Source: Octopus bimaculoides
Lineage: Eukaryota
Direction of reading: 5' to 3'
DNA length: 39,557 nt
Assembly (NCBI RefSeq): GCF_001194135.2
Contig: NC_068996.1
Span: forward strand, 39,918,837-39,958,393
Below, one piece after another: positions 9,860 to 21,011 of this stretch (position 1 is its first letter; the number at the start of each line of letters is the position of its first letter). The notes beneath the pieces were generated by a model, which was not told where the DNA came from, did no database searches, and worked only from the letters and a program-made list of their open reading frames with translations. Position numbers and translations under genes: made by a program.

Positions 9860-10512
9860 GTCAAAATGAAGAGCGCGATTTTAGATGTTTTATTTTTTGA
9901 ACAACATTTCGACAGAACGTCTGTCTTTCTCAAGTTCAAACCAAAAGGTGATTGAAAATTCAAAATTTCAGAAACCAAACGTAGTCTCAATTTCTGATTC
10001 ATATTTGAATGGTACGAAGTCCATTGGTCCAGGATTGGGTTCAACACTGGGGTCTAGCGAAACTAATAGGGCTGACAAGCCAACTGTGAGAAGGAATAAA
10101 ACNNNNNNNNNNNNNNNNNNNNNNNNNNNNNNNNNNNNNNNNNNNNNNNNNNNNNNNNNNNNNNNNNNNNNNNNNNNNNNNNNNNNNNNNNNNNNNNNNN
10201 NNNNNNNNNNNNNNNNNNNNNNNNNNNNNNNNNNNNNNNNNNNNNNNNNNNNNNNNNNNNNNNNNNNNNNNNNNNNNNNNNNNNNNNNNNNNNNNNNNNN
10301 NNNNNNNNNNNNNNNNNNNNNNNNNNNNNNNNNNNNNNNNNNNNNNNNNNNNNNNNNNNNNNNNNNNNNNNNNNNNNNNNNNNNNNNNNNNNNNNNNNNN
10401 NNNNNNNNNNNATTTTCCTTAGACACCCGGCTGCTTTGGTGACTTCTAGAATTTCTGTATGTTCCATGTTCAAAAAATAAAACATCTAAAATCGCGCTCT
10501 TCGTTTTGACTA
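9858..10512. mobile_element. Young non-autonomous DNA transposon with 46-bp terminal inverted repeats (superfamily uncertain)
   Basis: 9858-9903 and the reverse complement of 10467-10512 are identical at 45/46 nt; centre lies in gap 10103-10411. Confidence 0.85.
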
Positions 10513-10551
10513 TTTACCTTCGTGAAGAGTTACGTCAATCCTTTTTTTAAA

Positions 10552-10677
<126 letters not shown>

Positions 10678-10887
10678 AAGGCAGCTGGCAGAATTGTTAG
10701 CACACTGGTCAAAACTTTTATGTGACATTTTGCCCATCTTTACGTTCTGAGTTCAAGTTCTGCCAAGATCGAATTTGCCTTTCATCCTTTTGGGGTTGAT
10801 AAAATAAGTACCAGTTGCATACTGGGGCTCATCTAATCAACTACTCCCTTCCCTAAAAATTTCAGGCCTTGTACCTATAGCGGAAAG
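10678..10887 (+). mobile_element. SINE family C
   Basis: Full head to tail; matches other copies. Confidence 0.9.
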
Positions 10888-11048
10888 AAGAAAAAGAAGA
10901 AGAAGAAGAAGGAGGAGGAGGAGGAGGAGGAGGAGAAGAAGGAGAAGAAGAAGAAGAAGAAGAAGAAGAAGAAGAAGAAGAAGAAGGAGGAGGAGGAGAA
11001 GAAGAAGAAGAAGGAGAAGAAGAAGGAGAAACCACCACCACCGCCGCC

Positions 11049-11128
<80 letters not shown>

Positions 11129-11135
11129 CACTACC
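10888..11135. repeat. (GAA/GGA)n-(CCA)n-(GCT)n-(ACT)n compound trinucleotide tract
   Basis: Direct. Confidence 0.95.
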
Positions 11136-11185
11136 ATCTTCAAGCTAAATGAATTAGTAGGAATGTTATCCTGAAGTTTGGTGGC

Positions 11186-11458
11186 CATGACAATGGTTTC
11201 ACTTGGCTTGACATGTCTTCTCAACCAAAGCAAATCACCAAAGGCCTCGATCACTTGTCATCACCTCCATTAGACTCAACATCTGAAGATCATCCATCCT
11301 TCACCACCTCATCCCATGTCTTCCTGGGTCTACATCTTCTATAAGTTTCCTCCACAGTATGAGATCGTTACTTCTTTATGCCGCTGTTTATGTCAATATG
11401 CATCACATGATCATACCAGTGCATTCTTCTCTGTCGCACACTTGATGCCTCTTATGCC

Positions 11459-11459
<1 letters not shown>
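11186..11459 (-). pseudogene. RTE-type LINE ORF C-terminal fragment (decayed)
   Basis: Minus translation with frameshifts: GIRGIKC / RRMHWYDHVMHI..KK*RSHTVEETYRRCRPRKTWDEVVKD / DLQMLSLMEVMTSDRGLW*FALVEKTCQAK*; fits the RTE C-terminal RLRWxGHV...GRPxKTWxxxVxxD pattern. Confidence 0.85.
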
Positions 11460-11530
<71 letters not shown>

Positions 11531-11558
11531 CATCATCATCATCATCATCATCATTATT

Positions 11559-11672
11559 AAGGTGGCAAGCTGGCAGAATCATTAGCATGCTGGACAAAAT
11601 GCTTAGTAGTATTTCACTTGTTGCTACGTTCTGAGTTCAAATCCTGCTGAGGTTGACTTGTCCTTTCGTCCT
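11559..11672 (+). mobile_element. SINE family C, 3'-truncated
   Basis: Head and B box; flanked by (ATT)n. Confidence 0.85.
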
Positions 11673-11710
11673 TATTATTATTATTATTATTGTTATTATT
11701 ATTATTTATT

Positions 11711-11940
11711 AAGGCAGTAAGCTAGTAGAATCATTAGCCAGCTGGGAAAAAATGCTTCACAGCATTTCATCCATCTTTACATTCTGAGTTCAAATCCTGC
11801 TGAGGTCAACTTTGCCTTTCATCCTTTTGGAGTCGATGAATTAAGTACAAGTGAAACACTGGGCTCGATGTAATTGACAAGACCCCCTTCCCAAAAATTT
11901 CAGGTCTTGTGCCTATAGTAGAAAGGATTATCGTTATTAT
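11711..11940 (+). mobile_element. SINE family C
   Basis: Matches other copies. Confidence 0.9.
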
Positions 11941-11942
11941 TG

Positions 11943-12535
11943 AGTGAAAGATTAGCACATGCCACCAAAGTGACACCGGGGTACAAATATACAAAGCCCA
12001 ATATACCCATCATGACTGATAAGGGTACACCAGGCACATACATCACTGCCATATGTGTGTGACATGGTGATCTCATATCAATATAAACAGTGCATGAACT
12101 TGCAGGTGGGGGCCCAGTTAGAATTTTTTTCAGGTCAAGTAGCCCATCCCACTTAAAAGGTCCCTAAATAAGGTTTGTTTAAGGATGATGAATGAAACAC
12201 TCATGTTTCCAGGGATGAATTATTCAATCCCCAGAAAATTTGTTTCCTTATTTTACAGAGTGATTGGTGTTAGGAATGGCATCCAGTCATAGAAACCATG
12301 GCAAAATACACTCAGAAGCATGGTACAGGCTCCTGCTTGGCCAGCTCCTATCAAACCATCCAGCCCATGCCAGCAGGGAAGGCAGACGTTAAACAATGAT
12401 GATGATAACATGGCTATGATGCTCCCCCACTACTCTTGCTCATGATCAGAGATGCACATATCGTCAGCCACCAAGGGACATGCTCAGCTGGTTAAGGTCA
12501 AGCAACTGACAAATAACTCAGTGGTATTGAGCAGA
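11943..12535. repeat. Probable unclassified interspersed repeat interrupted by an E insertion
   Basis: GC-richer non-coding sequence at 11943-12238 and 12408-12535; single copy in the window, so repeat status rests only on my recollection of octopus repeats. Confidence 0.3.
12257..12407 (+). mobile_element. RTE-like 3' end (local family E), diverged
   Basis: TGGTGTTAGGAATGGCATCCAG...CCCATGCCAGCAGGGAAGGCAGACGTTAAACAATGATGATG. Confidence 0.75.
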
Positions 12536-12541
12536 AGATTA

Positions 12542-12814
12542 AGACTTTACTTTTCATCTTTTCAGGGTCAATGAAATAAATACGAGTCAAGCATAGGGAG
12601 TCAATATAATTTACCATAACACTCCTCCAAAATTCCAGGCTTGCGCTAAAATTTGAAACCATTATTATTATTATAGATTCAAATTCTACCGAGGTTGACT
12701 TTGCCTTTCATCCTTTCGGGGTTGATAAATCAAGTACCAGTGAAACACTGGGGTCAATGTAATCAACTAGTCCTCTCCTCCAAAATTTCAAGCCTTGTGC
12801 CTTTAGTAGAAAGA
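12542..12814 (+). mobile_element. Two tandem 5'-truncated SINE C copies (12542-12660, 12676-12814)
   Basis: Match the C 3' halves; separated by (ATT)n. Confidence 0.85.
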
Positions 12815-12820
12815 ATTATT

Positions 12821-13200
12821 ATTACCTCTGCCTTAGCAAAGGTGGAGGTATTATTTTCAGTCACATTTGTTTGTCTTTTTTTTCTTTTGTTTATCATGGA
12901 CAAGATATCTCAAGAACTGCTGGATGGATTTGGATGAAACTTTCAGGGATGTTTGGCCTCATGACTGGCACAAACTGATTAGATTTTGCGATTGATCTGA
13001 TATCAGACAAGGATTCTGGATTATTTTTCCTGTTTTTTTTACTTAATTGTTGAGAATAGTAGGGTTCAATTTTAGTATTCTTGTTTGTGAGAGTAGTCAA
13101 GTTTATTTCAGATATTCTCATTTTAAAATTCATCTCTCGCTAATTGTTGAGAGGATGTTGGTGTTGTCTTGGGGGAGGTTTGTACTCTCTGAGTGCTCTT
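12821..13200 (+). mobile_element. Non-autonomous Helentron/DINE-1-like element
   Basis: 5' palindrome TACCTCTGCCT..AGGTGGAGGTA, GTTT-type tract, 3' subterminal CTTGGGGGAGGT, 3' stem-loop GTACTC-TCT-GAGTGC, ends in CTT. Confidence 0.75.
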
Positions 13201-13203
13201 ATT

Positions 13204-13291
13204 ATTACCTCCGCCTTAGCGAAGGTGGAGGTATTGATTTCAATTGTGTTTGTTTGTTTGTCCGTGGACAACATATCTCAAGAGTGCTCTT
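13204..13291 (+). mobile_element. Second, internally deleted Helentron-like copy in tandem
   Basis: Repeats the 5' end of 12821 copy, then jumps from ATCTCAAGA to the terminal GAGTGCTCTT. Confidence 0.75.
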
Positions 13292-13342
13292 GTTATTATT
13301 ATTATTATCATTATTATTATTATTATTATTATCATTATTATA

Positions 13343-13795
13343 AGTTCAAATTCTGCCTAGGTCAACTTTGCCTATTGAGGCGGCGAGCTGGCAGAATCAT
13401 TAGCACGCCGGGTGAAATACTTAGCAGCATTCCATCGGCCGTTACGTTCTGAGTTCAAATTCCGCCAAGGTCGACTCTGCCTTTCATCCTTTTGGGGTCG
13501 ATAAATTAAGTACCAGTTGCGCACTGAGGTCGATATAATCAACTTAATCCCTTTGTCTGTCCTTGTTTGTCCCCTCTCTGCTTAGCCCCTTGTGGGCAAT
13601 AAAGAAATAAGAATCGTTAGCACACTGGGCAAACATGCTTAGCGGTATTTTGCTTGTCTTTACGTTCTGAGTTCAAATTCCACTAAGGTCGACTTTGCCT
13701 TTCATCTTTTCGGGGTTGGTAAAATAAGTACTGGTTGCACACTGGGGTCAATGTAATCAACTCATCTCCTCCTCTGAAACTGCTGGCATTGTGCC
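13343..13795 (+). mobile_element. SINE C fragment (13343-13373) plus two tandem copies (13377-13610 with TGTGGGCAATAAAGAAAT tail; 13610-13795)
   Basis: AGGCGGCGAGCTGGCAGAATC head, B box, shared body. Confidence 0.9.
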
Positions 13796-13910
13796 ATCAT
13801 CATCATCATCATCATCATCATCACCACCACCACCACAACCACCATCACCACCACCACCACCATCACCATCACCACTACCACCACCACCACCATCACCATC
13901 ACCATCATCA
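13796..13910. repeat. (CAT)n(CAC)n tract
   Basis: Direct. Confidence 0.95.
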
Positions 13911-14534
13911 TTTTTGCACAGAATCAACTGTTTGCTTGCTGCTCCTTTAAAGACTCTTTTTAAAGGTTTAGTTATCATTTCTGAGATCTTCCATTTCTAT
14001 TTCTTTTTGAAGCAACCCTCGCTGCCCCCCCACCCCCGCCACCGCTCCATCTCCATATTACTTTCATATCTTCAAATCATACATATTACTAAGAGAAGCT
14101 AAAAATAACTGCGGTGGGGGGTTTCAACAGATGATTCCCTTTCGTTTGACCTCACCCTTCTAAAAATAGCACAGAGGGCTCTGATAAATATATCTAGAAA
14201 AAGCTGCACTGTTTGAAATGTTATTAAATATTAGGCTTCACTGTAGTTTGCTGCTTTTCGAGTAGGAATGTGGAAGGAAAGAAGAAAGGAGAAAGGAAGA
14301 AAGGAAGGAAGGAAGAAGAAATGAATAACAGAAAACTGTTTCCTTTATTCCAGATGAAATTTTTTTAATTGCTTTTATTTTTTCTGCTTTTTTTTTTCCT
14401 GCTTTTACTGATTTTTTTGTTTTGTGTTTTTTTTATTCCATCTCCCCCCTTCCCACCATAATTCCTGATGTACTTTTATCTAATTTTGTTGTTTGTGATG
14501 TAAGTTAACGTTCATGATAAATAATACTTGTCTG

Positions 14535-14912
14535 TTGATCATCATCATCATCATTGTCGTCATCATCGTTGATGTCATTGCTGTCTTCGTAGTCGTTGTT
14601 GTTGTCATCACCGAAACTACTACATGCCACCAGCACCACCACATTCCTCCTCTTCATCATCATCATCATCATCACACCACCACCACACTCCTCCTCCTCC
14701 TCATCATCATCATCGTCACCATCATTACCACCACTACCATCATCACACTACCACCACCACCACACTCCTCCTCCTCCTCCTCCTCATCATCACCGTTATC
14801 ACCATCACTATCACACCACCATACTCCACTTCCTCCTCATCACCATCATCATCACACCACCACACTCCTCCTCTTCCACCTCCTCATCACCATCATCATC
14901 ACACCACCACAC
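14535..14912. repeat. (CAT/CAC/CCT)n low-complexity tract with higher-order units, running into a gap
   Basis: Direct. Confidence 0.9.
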
Positions 14913-15724
14913 NNNNNNNNNNNNNNNNNNNNNNNNNNNNNNNNNNNNNNNNNNNNNNNNNNNNNNNNNNNNNNNNNNNNNNNNNNNNNNNNNNNNNNNN
15001 NNNNNNNNNNNNNNNNNNNNNNNNNNNNNNNNNNNNNNNNNNNNNNNNNNNNNNNNNNNNNNNNNNNNNNNNNNNNNNNNNNNNNNNNNNNNNNNNNNNN
15101 NNNNNNNNNNNNNNNNNNNNNNNNNNNNNNNNNNNNNNNNNNNNNNNNNNNNNNNNNNNNNNNNNNNNNNNNNNNNNNNNNNNNNNNNNNNNNNNNNNNN
15201 NNNNNNNNNNNNNNNNNNNNNNNNNNNNNNNNNNNNNNNNNNNNNNNNNNNNNNNNNNNNNNNNNNNNNNNNNNNNNNNNNNNNNNNNNNNNNNNNNNNN
15301 NNNNNNNNNNNNNNNNNNNNNNNNNNNNNNNNNNNNNNNNNNNNNNNNNNNNNNNNNNNNNNNNNNNNNNNNNNNNNNNNNNNNNNNNNNNNNNNNNNNN
15401 NNNNNNNNNNNNNNNNNNNNNNNNNNNNNNNNNNNNNNNNNNNNNNNNNNNNNNNNNNNNNNNNNNNNNNNNNNNNNNNNNNNNNNNNNNNNNNNNNNNN
15501 NNNNNNNNNNNNNNNNNNNNNNNNNNNNNNNNNNNNNNNNNNNNNNNNNNNNNNNNNNNNNNNNNNNNNNNNNNNNNNNNNNNNNNNNNNNNNNNNNNNN
15601 NNNNNNNNNNNNNNNNNNNNNNNNNNNNNNNNNNNNNNNNNNNNNNNNNNACCACCCTCATCACTATTTTGTACAAACAACTATTGTCATTGTTCCTATT
15701 GCTATCATCATAATTTACACTTGT

Positions 15725-16237
15725 CATTCTTTTATTCATTTATTCTTTTACTTGTTTCAGTCATTAGAACAGTGGCCATGCTGAGGCACCACCTTGAAAA
15801 CAGAGAGTGAATGTGCATGGCATTTCATATGATGTTCAAACGATTCTGCCTATCTACCACTTATCTTCTATCTTTCACTTGTTTCAATCATTAGACTGTG
15901 GCCATGCTGGGGCACCACCTTGAAGAATTATTAGTTGAATGAATTGACCCCATTACATATCTTTTTAAAGCACGGTACTTATTCCATTGGTGTCTTTTAC
16001 CAAACTGCTAAGTTATGGGGAAATAAACACACCAACACCAGTTGTCAAATGGTAGTGAGGGACAAACAGAGACACAAAGACACACACACACACACATATA
16101 TACGACAGGCTTCTTTCAGTTTTCACCTACCAAATCCACTCACAAGGCTTTGGTCAACCTGGAGCTATAGTAGATGATACTTGCCTAAGATGCCACACAG
16201 TGGGAGGGAACCTGAAACCATGCAGTTAGGAGAGCTT
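15725..16237 (-). mobile_element. D fragment (15725-15797) and composite D+A SINE (15870-16237)
   Basis: Match to the reverse complement of 8382-8841. Confidence 0.88.
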
Positions 16238-16302
16238 GATCAGGACTTGCCTAGGGCTAAACAATAAAAAACAAGCAAACAAACAAAAATAGCTATAACA
16301 AT

Positions 16303-16416
16303 GAGTGGCTGTGTGGTAAGTAGCTTGCTTACCAACCACATATTCCAGGTTCAGTCCCACTGCGTGACATCTTGAGCAAGTGTCTTCTACTATAGCCTCG
16401 GGCCAACCAAAGCCTT
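16303..16416 (+). mobile_element. SINE family A, cut by gap
   Basis: GAGTGGCTGTGTGGTAAG head, GGTTCAGTCCC B box. Confidence 0.9.
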
Positions 16417-17174
16417 NNNNNNNNNNNNNNNNNNNNNNNNNNNNNNNNNNNNNNNNNNNNNNNNNNNNNNNNNNNNNNNNNNNNNNNNNNNNNNNNNNNN
16501 NNNNNNNNNNNNNNNNNNNNNNNNNNNNNNNNNNNNNNNNNNNNNNNNNNNNNNNNNNNNNNNNNNNNNNNNNNNNNNNNNNNNNNNNNNNNNNNNNNNN
16601 NNNNNNNNNNNNNNNNNNNNNNNNNNNNNNNNNNNNNNNNNNNNNNNNNNNNNNNNNNNNNNNNNNNNNNNNNNNNNNNNNNNNNNNNNNNNNNNNNNNN
16701 NNNNNNNNNNNNNNNNNNNNNNNNNNNNNNNNNNNNNNNNNNNNNNNNNNNNNNNNNNNNNNNNNNNNNNNNNNNNNNNNNNNNNNNNNNNNNNNNNNNN
16801 NNNNNNNNNNNNNNNNNNNNNNNNNNNNNNNNNNNNNNNNNNNNNNNNNNNNNNNNNNNNNNNNNNNNNNNNNNNNNNNNNNNNNNNNNNNNNNNNNNNN
16901 NNNNNNNNNNNNNNNNNNNNNNNNNNNNNNNNNNNNNNNNNNNNNNNNNNNNNNNNNNNNNNNNNNNNNNNNNNNNNNNNNNNNNNNNNNNNNNNNNNNN
17001 NNNNNNNNNNNNNNNNNNNNNNNNNNNNNNNNNNNNNNNNNNNNNNNNNNNNNNNNNNNNNNNNNNNNNNNNNNNNNNNNNNNNNNNNNNNNNNNNNNNN
17101 NNNNNNNNNNNNNNNNNNNNNNNNNNNNNNNNNNNNNNNNNNNNNNNNNNNNNNNNNNNNNNNNNNNNNNNNNN

Positions 17175-17527
17175 GTTATTGACTCTCTTTCTATCTGCTG
17201 TAAACACTCATACACACATGTATCACTCACATACACACTTTTCTTTGTATGACGGCCTGTCTTTGATTATGTTCTTATATGTCGCATTCACACTCTCACA
17301 CAGACATACATCTTTAACGCCATAATAAATATCTCTGTTATTCCATCTAATATGGTTGTGGTCTTTCATTACTGGTCATCTATGTTATCGTCGCATAACA
17401 TATGTATATCATCATTTGATATATATTTGTATGTTTGACCGTGTGACACGTTTAAATAAAAGGAGTCCTCTGTTTTTCCATTCGTCACCATTTCTCCTTT
17501 TATGAGTTCGCACGGTCGTCCCTTACA
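17175..17527. other. LTR-like non-coding segment (tentative)
   Basis: CpG-retaining sequence, two AATAAA, TGTAA (17199) ... TTACA (17527) ends; no TSD seen. Confidence 0.2.
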
Positions 17528-17544
17528 TATATATATATGTTTAT

Positions 17545-17760
17545 GTGTTTGTGTTTGTCCCCTCCAACATCGCTTGACAACCGATGTTGGTGTGTTTATG
17601 TCCCCGTAACTTAGCGGTTCGGCAAAAAAGAGACCGATAGAATGAGTACTAGGCTTACAAAGAATAAGTCCTGGGGTCGATTTGCTCGACTAAAAGACGG
17701 TGCTCCAGCACGGCCGCAGTCAAATGACTAAAACAAGTAAAAAAGTTTAAAAAAAGAAAA
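17545..17760 (+). mobile_element. SINE D half
   Basis: Near-consensus match to 8650-8841. Confidence 0.9.
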
Positions 17761-17874
17761 AGAAAAAAGTAACCATTAAGTGCTACATTTTTTCTAAACT
17801 CTGTTGGGTTACTAATTCCATTCTGCAACACTTTTAATACTAATGTGTCTAACACTGCACCTGAGTCTCTGATA

Positions 17875-18056
17875 TTATAAACTTTCCACATTAAAGTGAT
17901 CTAAATTAAAACTTTCCTGCGAAATTTCATGTTAATTCATGATCTAAACACCAGCTTAATAACGAACAGTTATTCTACCAAATTCTCCATTAATTTCAAA
18001 ATTAATTGAAACAAGGACAGTGTATTTCGACAGAAATACACTAACAAAAGGATTAA
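17875..18056. mobile_element. piggyBac-like MITE, middle and right part
   Basis: Ends AAAAGGATTAA; bridges 18385-18412 and 20051-20137. Confidence 0.55.
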
Positions 18057-18412
18057 TGAAACTTATAAAGCCAGAGCTATGTCATGCATTAATCGAATCT
18101 AACTTGCCTAGAATTGATGTGGTGACTTTTAAAATTTCCATTCATCAGTAGTAAAAGGTATGCATTGTATAACCCAGTCTGCTTCGTTTTACTTAACTCA
18201 CAAAGCTAAATAATTGGCAGGATAATGTCATGGCTGCTGGGCATTTGTGGGAGGTCATAATTTTTCTTAGAAATAAATAAAATATTTCAGCTATTTGAAG
18301 TATTTCAAATCCGATGTAATTTTTGCATTTAACCCTTTTAATATCAGTCTACCTGAGACTGTACCTGGTTTCTATGATACAAACTTACTGTTTTAAGGTG
18401 ATTTGAATTATT

Positions 18413-18502
18413 CTTTTATTCTTTTACTTGTTTCAGTCATTTGACTGCAGCCAAGCTGGAGCACCATGGAGGTGCATGGCTTAGTGGTTAGGGTGTCAGC
18501 AC
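18413..18502. mobile_element. D fragment (minus, 18413-18466) and B-type SINE head fragment (plus, 18467-18502)
   Basis: CTTTTACTTGTTTCAGTCATTTGACTGC; GCATGGCTTAGTGGTTAGGG. Confidence 0.75.
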
Positions 18503-18765
18503 CATCATCATCATCATCATCACCGTTTAACGTCCACTTTCCATGCTAGCATGGGTTGGACGATTTGACTGAGGACTGGTGAAACCGGATGGCAACAGCA
18601 GGCTCCAATCTAATTTGGCAGTTTTTCTACAGCTGGATGCCCTTCCTAACGCCAACCACTCAGAGAGTGTAGTGGGTGCTTTTACGTGTCACCCGCACGA
18701 AAACGGCCACGCTCGAAATGGTGACTTTTATGTGCCACCCGTACAAGCCAGTCCAGGGGCACTGG
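18503..18765 (-). mobile_element. RTE-like 3' end (family E), cut by gap
   Basis: Reverse complement of 20600-20805; (GAT)n tail. Confidence 0.88.
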
Positions 18766-19355
18766 NNNNNNNNNNNNNNNNNNNNNNNNNNNNNNNNNNN
18801 NNNNNNNNNNNNNNNNNNNNNNNNNNNNNNNNNNNNNNNNNNNNNNNNNNNNNNNNNNNNNNNNNNNNNNNNNNNNNNNNNNNNNNNNNNNNNNNNNNNN
18901 NNNNNNNNNNNNNNNNNNNNNNNNNNNNNNNNNNNNNNNNNNNNNNNNNNNNNNNNNNNNNNNNNNNNNNNNNNNNNNNNNNNNNNNNNNNNNNNNNNNN
19001 NNNNNNNNNNNNNNNNNNNNNNNNNNNNNNNNNNNNNNNNNNNNNNNNNNNNNNNNNNNNNNNNNNNNNNNNNNNNNNNNNNNNNNNNNNNNNNNNNNNN
19101 NNNNNNNNNNNNNNNNNNNNNNNNNNNNNNNNNNNNNNNNNNNNNNNNNNNNNNNNNNNNNNNNNNNNNNNNNNNNNNNNNNNNNNNNNNNNNNNNNNNN
19201 NNNNNNNNNNNNNNNNNNNNNNNNNNNNNNNNNNNNNNNNNNNNNNNNNNNNNNNNNNNNNNNNNNNNNNNNATGCATACGCCATTGAAACCAGGAAACC
19301 GGGCCCATGAGCCTGGATAAGCTTTAAAAGGGCACAAAATGGAAATATATATATA

Positions 19356-20044
19356 AGCTGGAGCACCACCTGAAAGGGTCTTTTAGTCAAACAAACCAAC
19401 CCCAGGACTTATTTCTTATTGGTCCCTTTTGCTGAACCGCTAAGTTACGGAGATATACGCACACACACAAGCGGTGTTGGGGGGGGGGACAACATACATA
19501 TATATAACAAGCTTCTTTCAGTTTCCGTCTACCAAATCCACTCACAAGGTTTTGGTCAACCTGAGGCTATAAAAGAATGCACTTGCCCAAGGACTGAGCC
19601 TGGAATCATGTGGTTGAGAAGCAAGCTTCTTATCACACAGCCATGCCTACACCTCTTTTTTTTCTTTTTCTTTTACTTGTTTCAGTTATTTGATGCAGCC
19701 ATGCTGGAGCACTGCTTTTAGTCAAATAAATCAACCCCAGGACTTATTCTTTGTAAGCCTAGTACTTATTCTATCAATCTCTTTTTGCCGAACAGCTAAG
19801 TTATGGAGGACGTAAACACACCAACATCTGTTGTCAAGTGATGGTTGGAGGACAAACACACACACACACACAAATATATATATATATATAGGCTTCATTC
19901 AGTTTCCATCTACCATATCCACTCACAAGGCTTTGGTCAGCCCGAGGCTATAGCAGAAGACACTTGCCCAAGGTGCCATGCAGTGGGACTGAACCTAGAA
20001 CTATGTGGTTGGGAAGCAAGCTTCTTACAACACAGCCACACCTG
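19356..20044 (-). mobile_element. Two tandem composite D+A SINEs (19356-19649, 19664-20044)
   Basis: Match to the reverse complement of 8382-8841. Confidence 0.88.
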
Positions 20045-20138
20045 TGCCTATGTTAATTTGTTTTAAACAACATTTTACAGAATTCATCATTATTTTCAAA
20101 ATAACTTGAAACAAAGACACTGTATTTCAACAGAAATC

Positions 20139-20315
20139 TTGTTTTCAAATGTTGGCACAAAGCCAGCAATTTCGGGGGGAGGGGAGGTAAGTTGATTTCT
20201 TTGACCCCAGTGTTGAACTGGTACTTATTTTATTGGCTCTGAAAAATATGAAAGGCAAAGTCAACCTCGGTGGAATTTGAATTCGGGACAAAATGCTGCT
20301 AAACACTTCGCCGTG
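20139..20315 (-). mobile_element. SINE family C (followed by a short D-tail fragment 20320-20380)
   Basis: Reverse complement of the C body with the TTTGAAAAC-type tail. Confidence 0.85.
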
Positions 20316-20514
20316 CATCAGCATGGCCGCAGCTCTGAGCTGAAACTTTGAAAAGAAAGAAAAAAAAAAAAAAAAGAAACGTTGATAACAAAAGGTTAAG
20401 ACCAGTGTTTCTCAGAGGAAGAGGCCTGTGAGAATTGAAAAAGAGTGAGCAGACATATTGATGCGTTTACTATATTAAAATGGTTTCAAAATTAATTGAA
20501 ACAAAGCCAGTGTA

Positions 20515-20805
20515 GCGAGGTCGTTGCCAGTGCCGATGGACTGGCTCCTGTGCAGGTGGCATGTAAAAAAACACCATTTGAGTGTGGCCGTTGCCAGTAC
20601 CTCCTGACTGGCTTTCCTGCCGGTGACACGTAAAAGCACCCATTACACTCTCGGAGTGGTTGGCGTTAGGAAGGGCATCCAGCTGTAGAAACTCTGCCAG
20701 ATCGGATTGGAGCCTGGTGCAACCATCTGGTTTCACCAGTCCTCAGTCAAATCGTCCAACCCATGCTAGCATGGAAAGTGGACATTAAACGATGATGATG
20801 ATGAT
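20515..20805 (+). mobile_element. 5'-truncated RTE-like 3' end (family E) with internal repeats of about 60 bp
   Basis: GTAAAAGCACCCATTACACTCTCGGAGTGGTTGGCGTTAGGAAGGGCATCCAGCTGTAGAAAC...CCCATGCTAGCATGGAAAGTGGACATTAAACGATGATG. Confidence 0.88.
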
Positions 20806-21011
20806 ACTCTAGGCACAAGGCCTGAAATTTTGGGGGAATGGGCCCGTCGATTACATTGACCCCAGTGCGTAACTGGTACTTAATTTATCGACCCCGAAAG
20901 GATGAAAGGCAAAGACGACCTCAGCAGAATTTGAACTCAGAATGTAAAGACAGATAAAATACCACTAAGCATTTTGCCCGCCGTGCTAACGTTTCTGCCA
21001 GCTTGCTGCCT
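20805..21011 (-). mobile_element. SINE family C
   Basis: Near-consensus reverse complement. Confidence 0.9.

Larger units (their letters stand above)
18329..20399. mobile_element. One piggyBac-like MITE split into three pieces (18329-18412, 20051-20137, 20381-20399) by nested insertions
   Basis: TTAACCCTTT left end, AAAGGTTAA right end, pieces collinear with the 17875-18056 copy. Confidence 0.55.

Noticed and set aside
9885-10102. 72-codon open frame MFYFLNNISTER... inside the TIR element
   Set aside because: Starts within the TIR, no transposase motif recognised, and it ends in a gap
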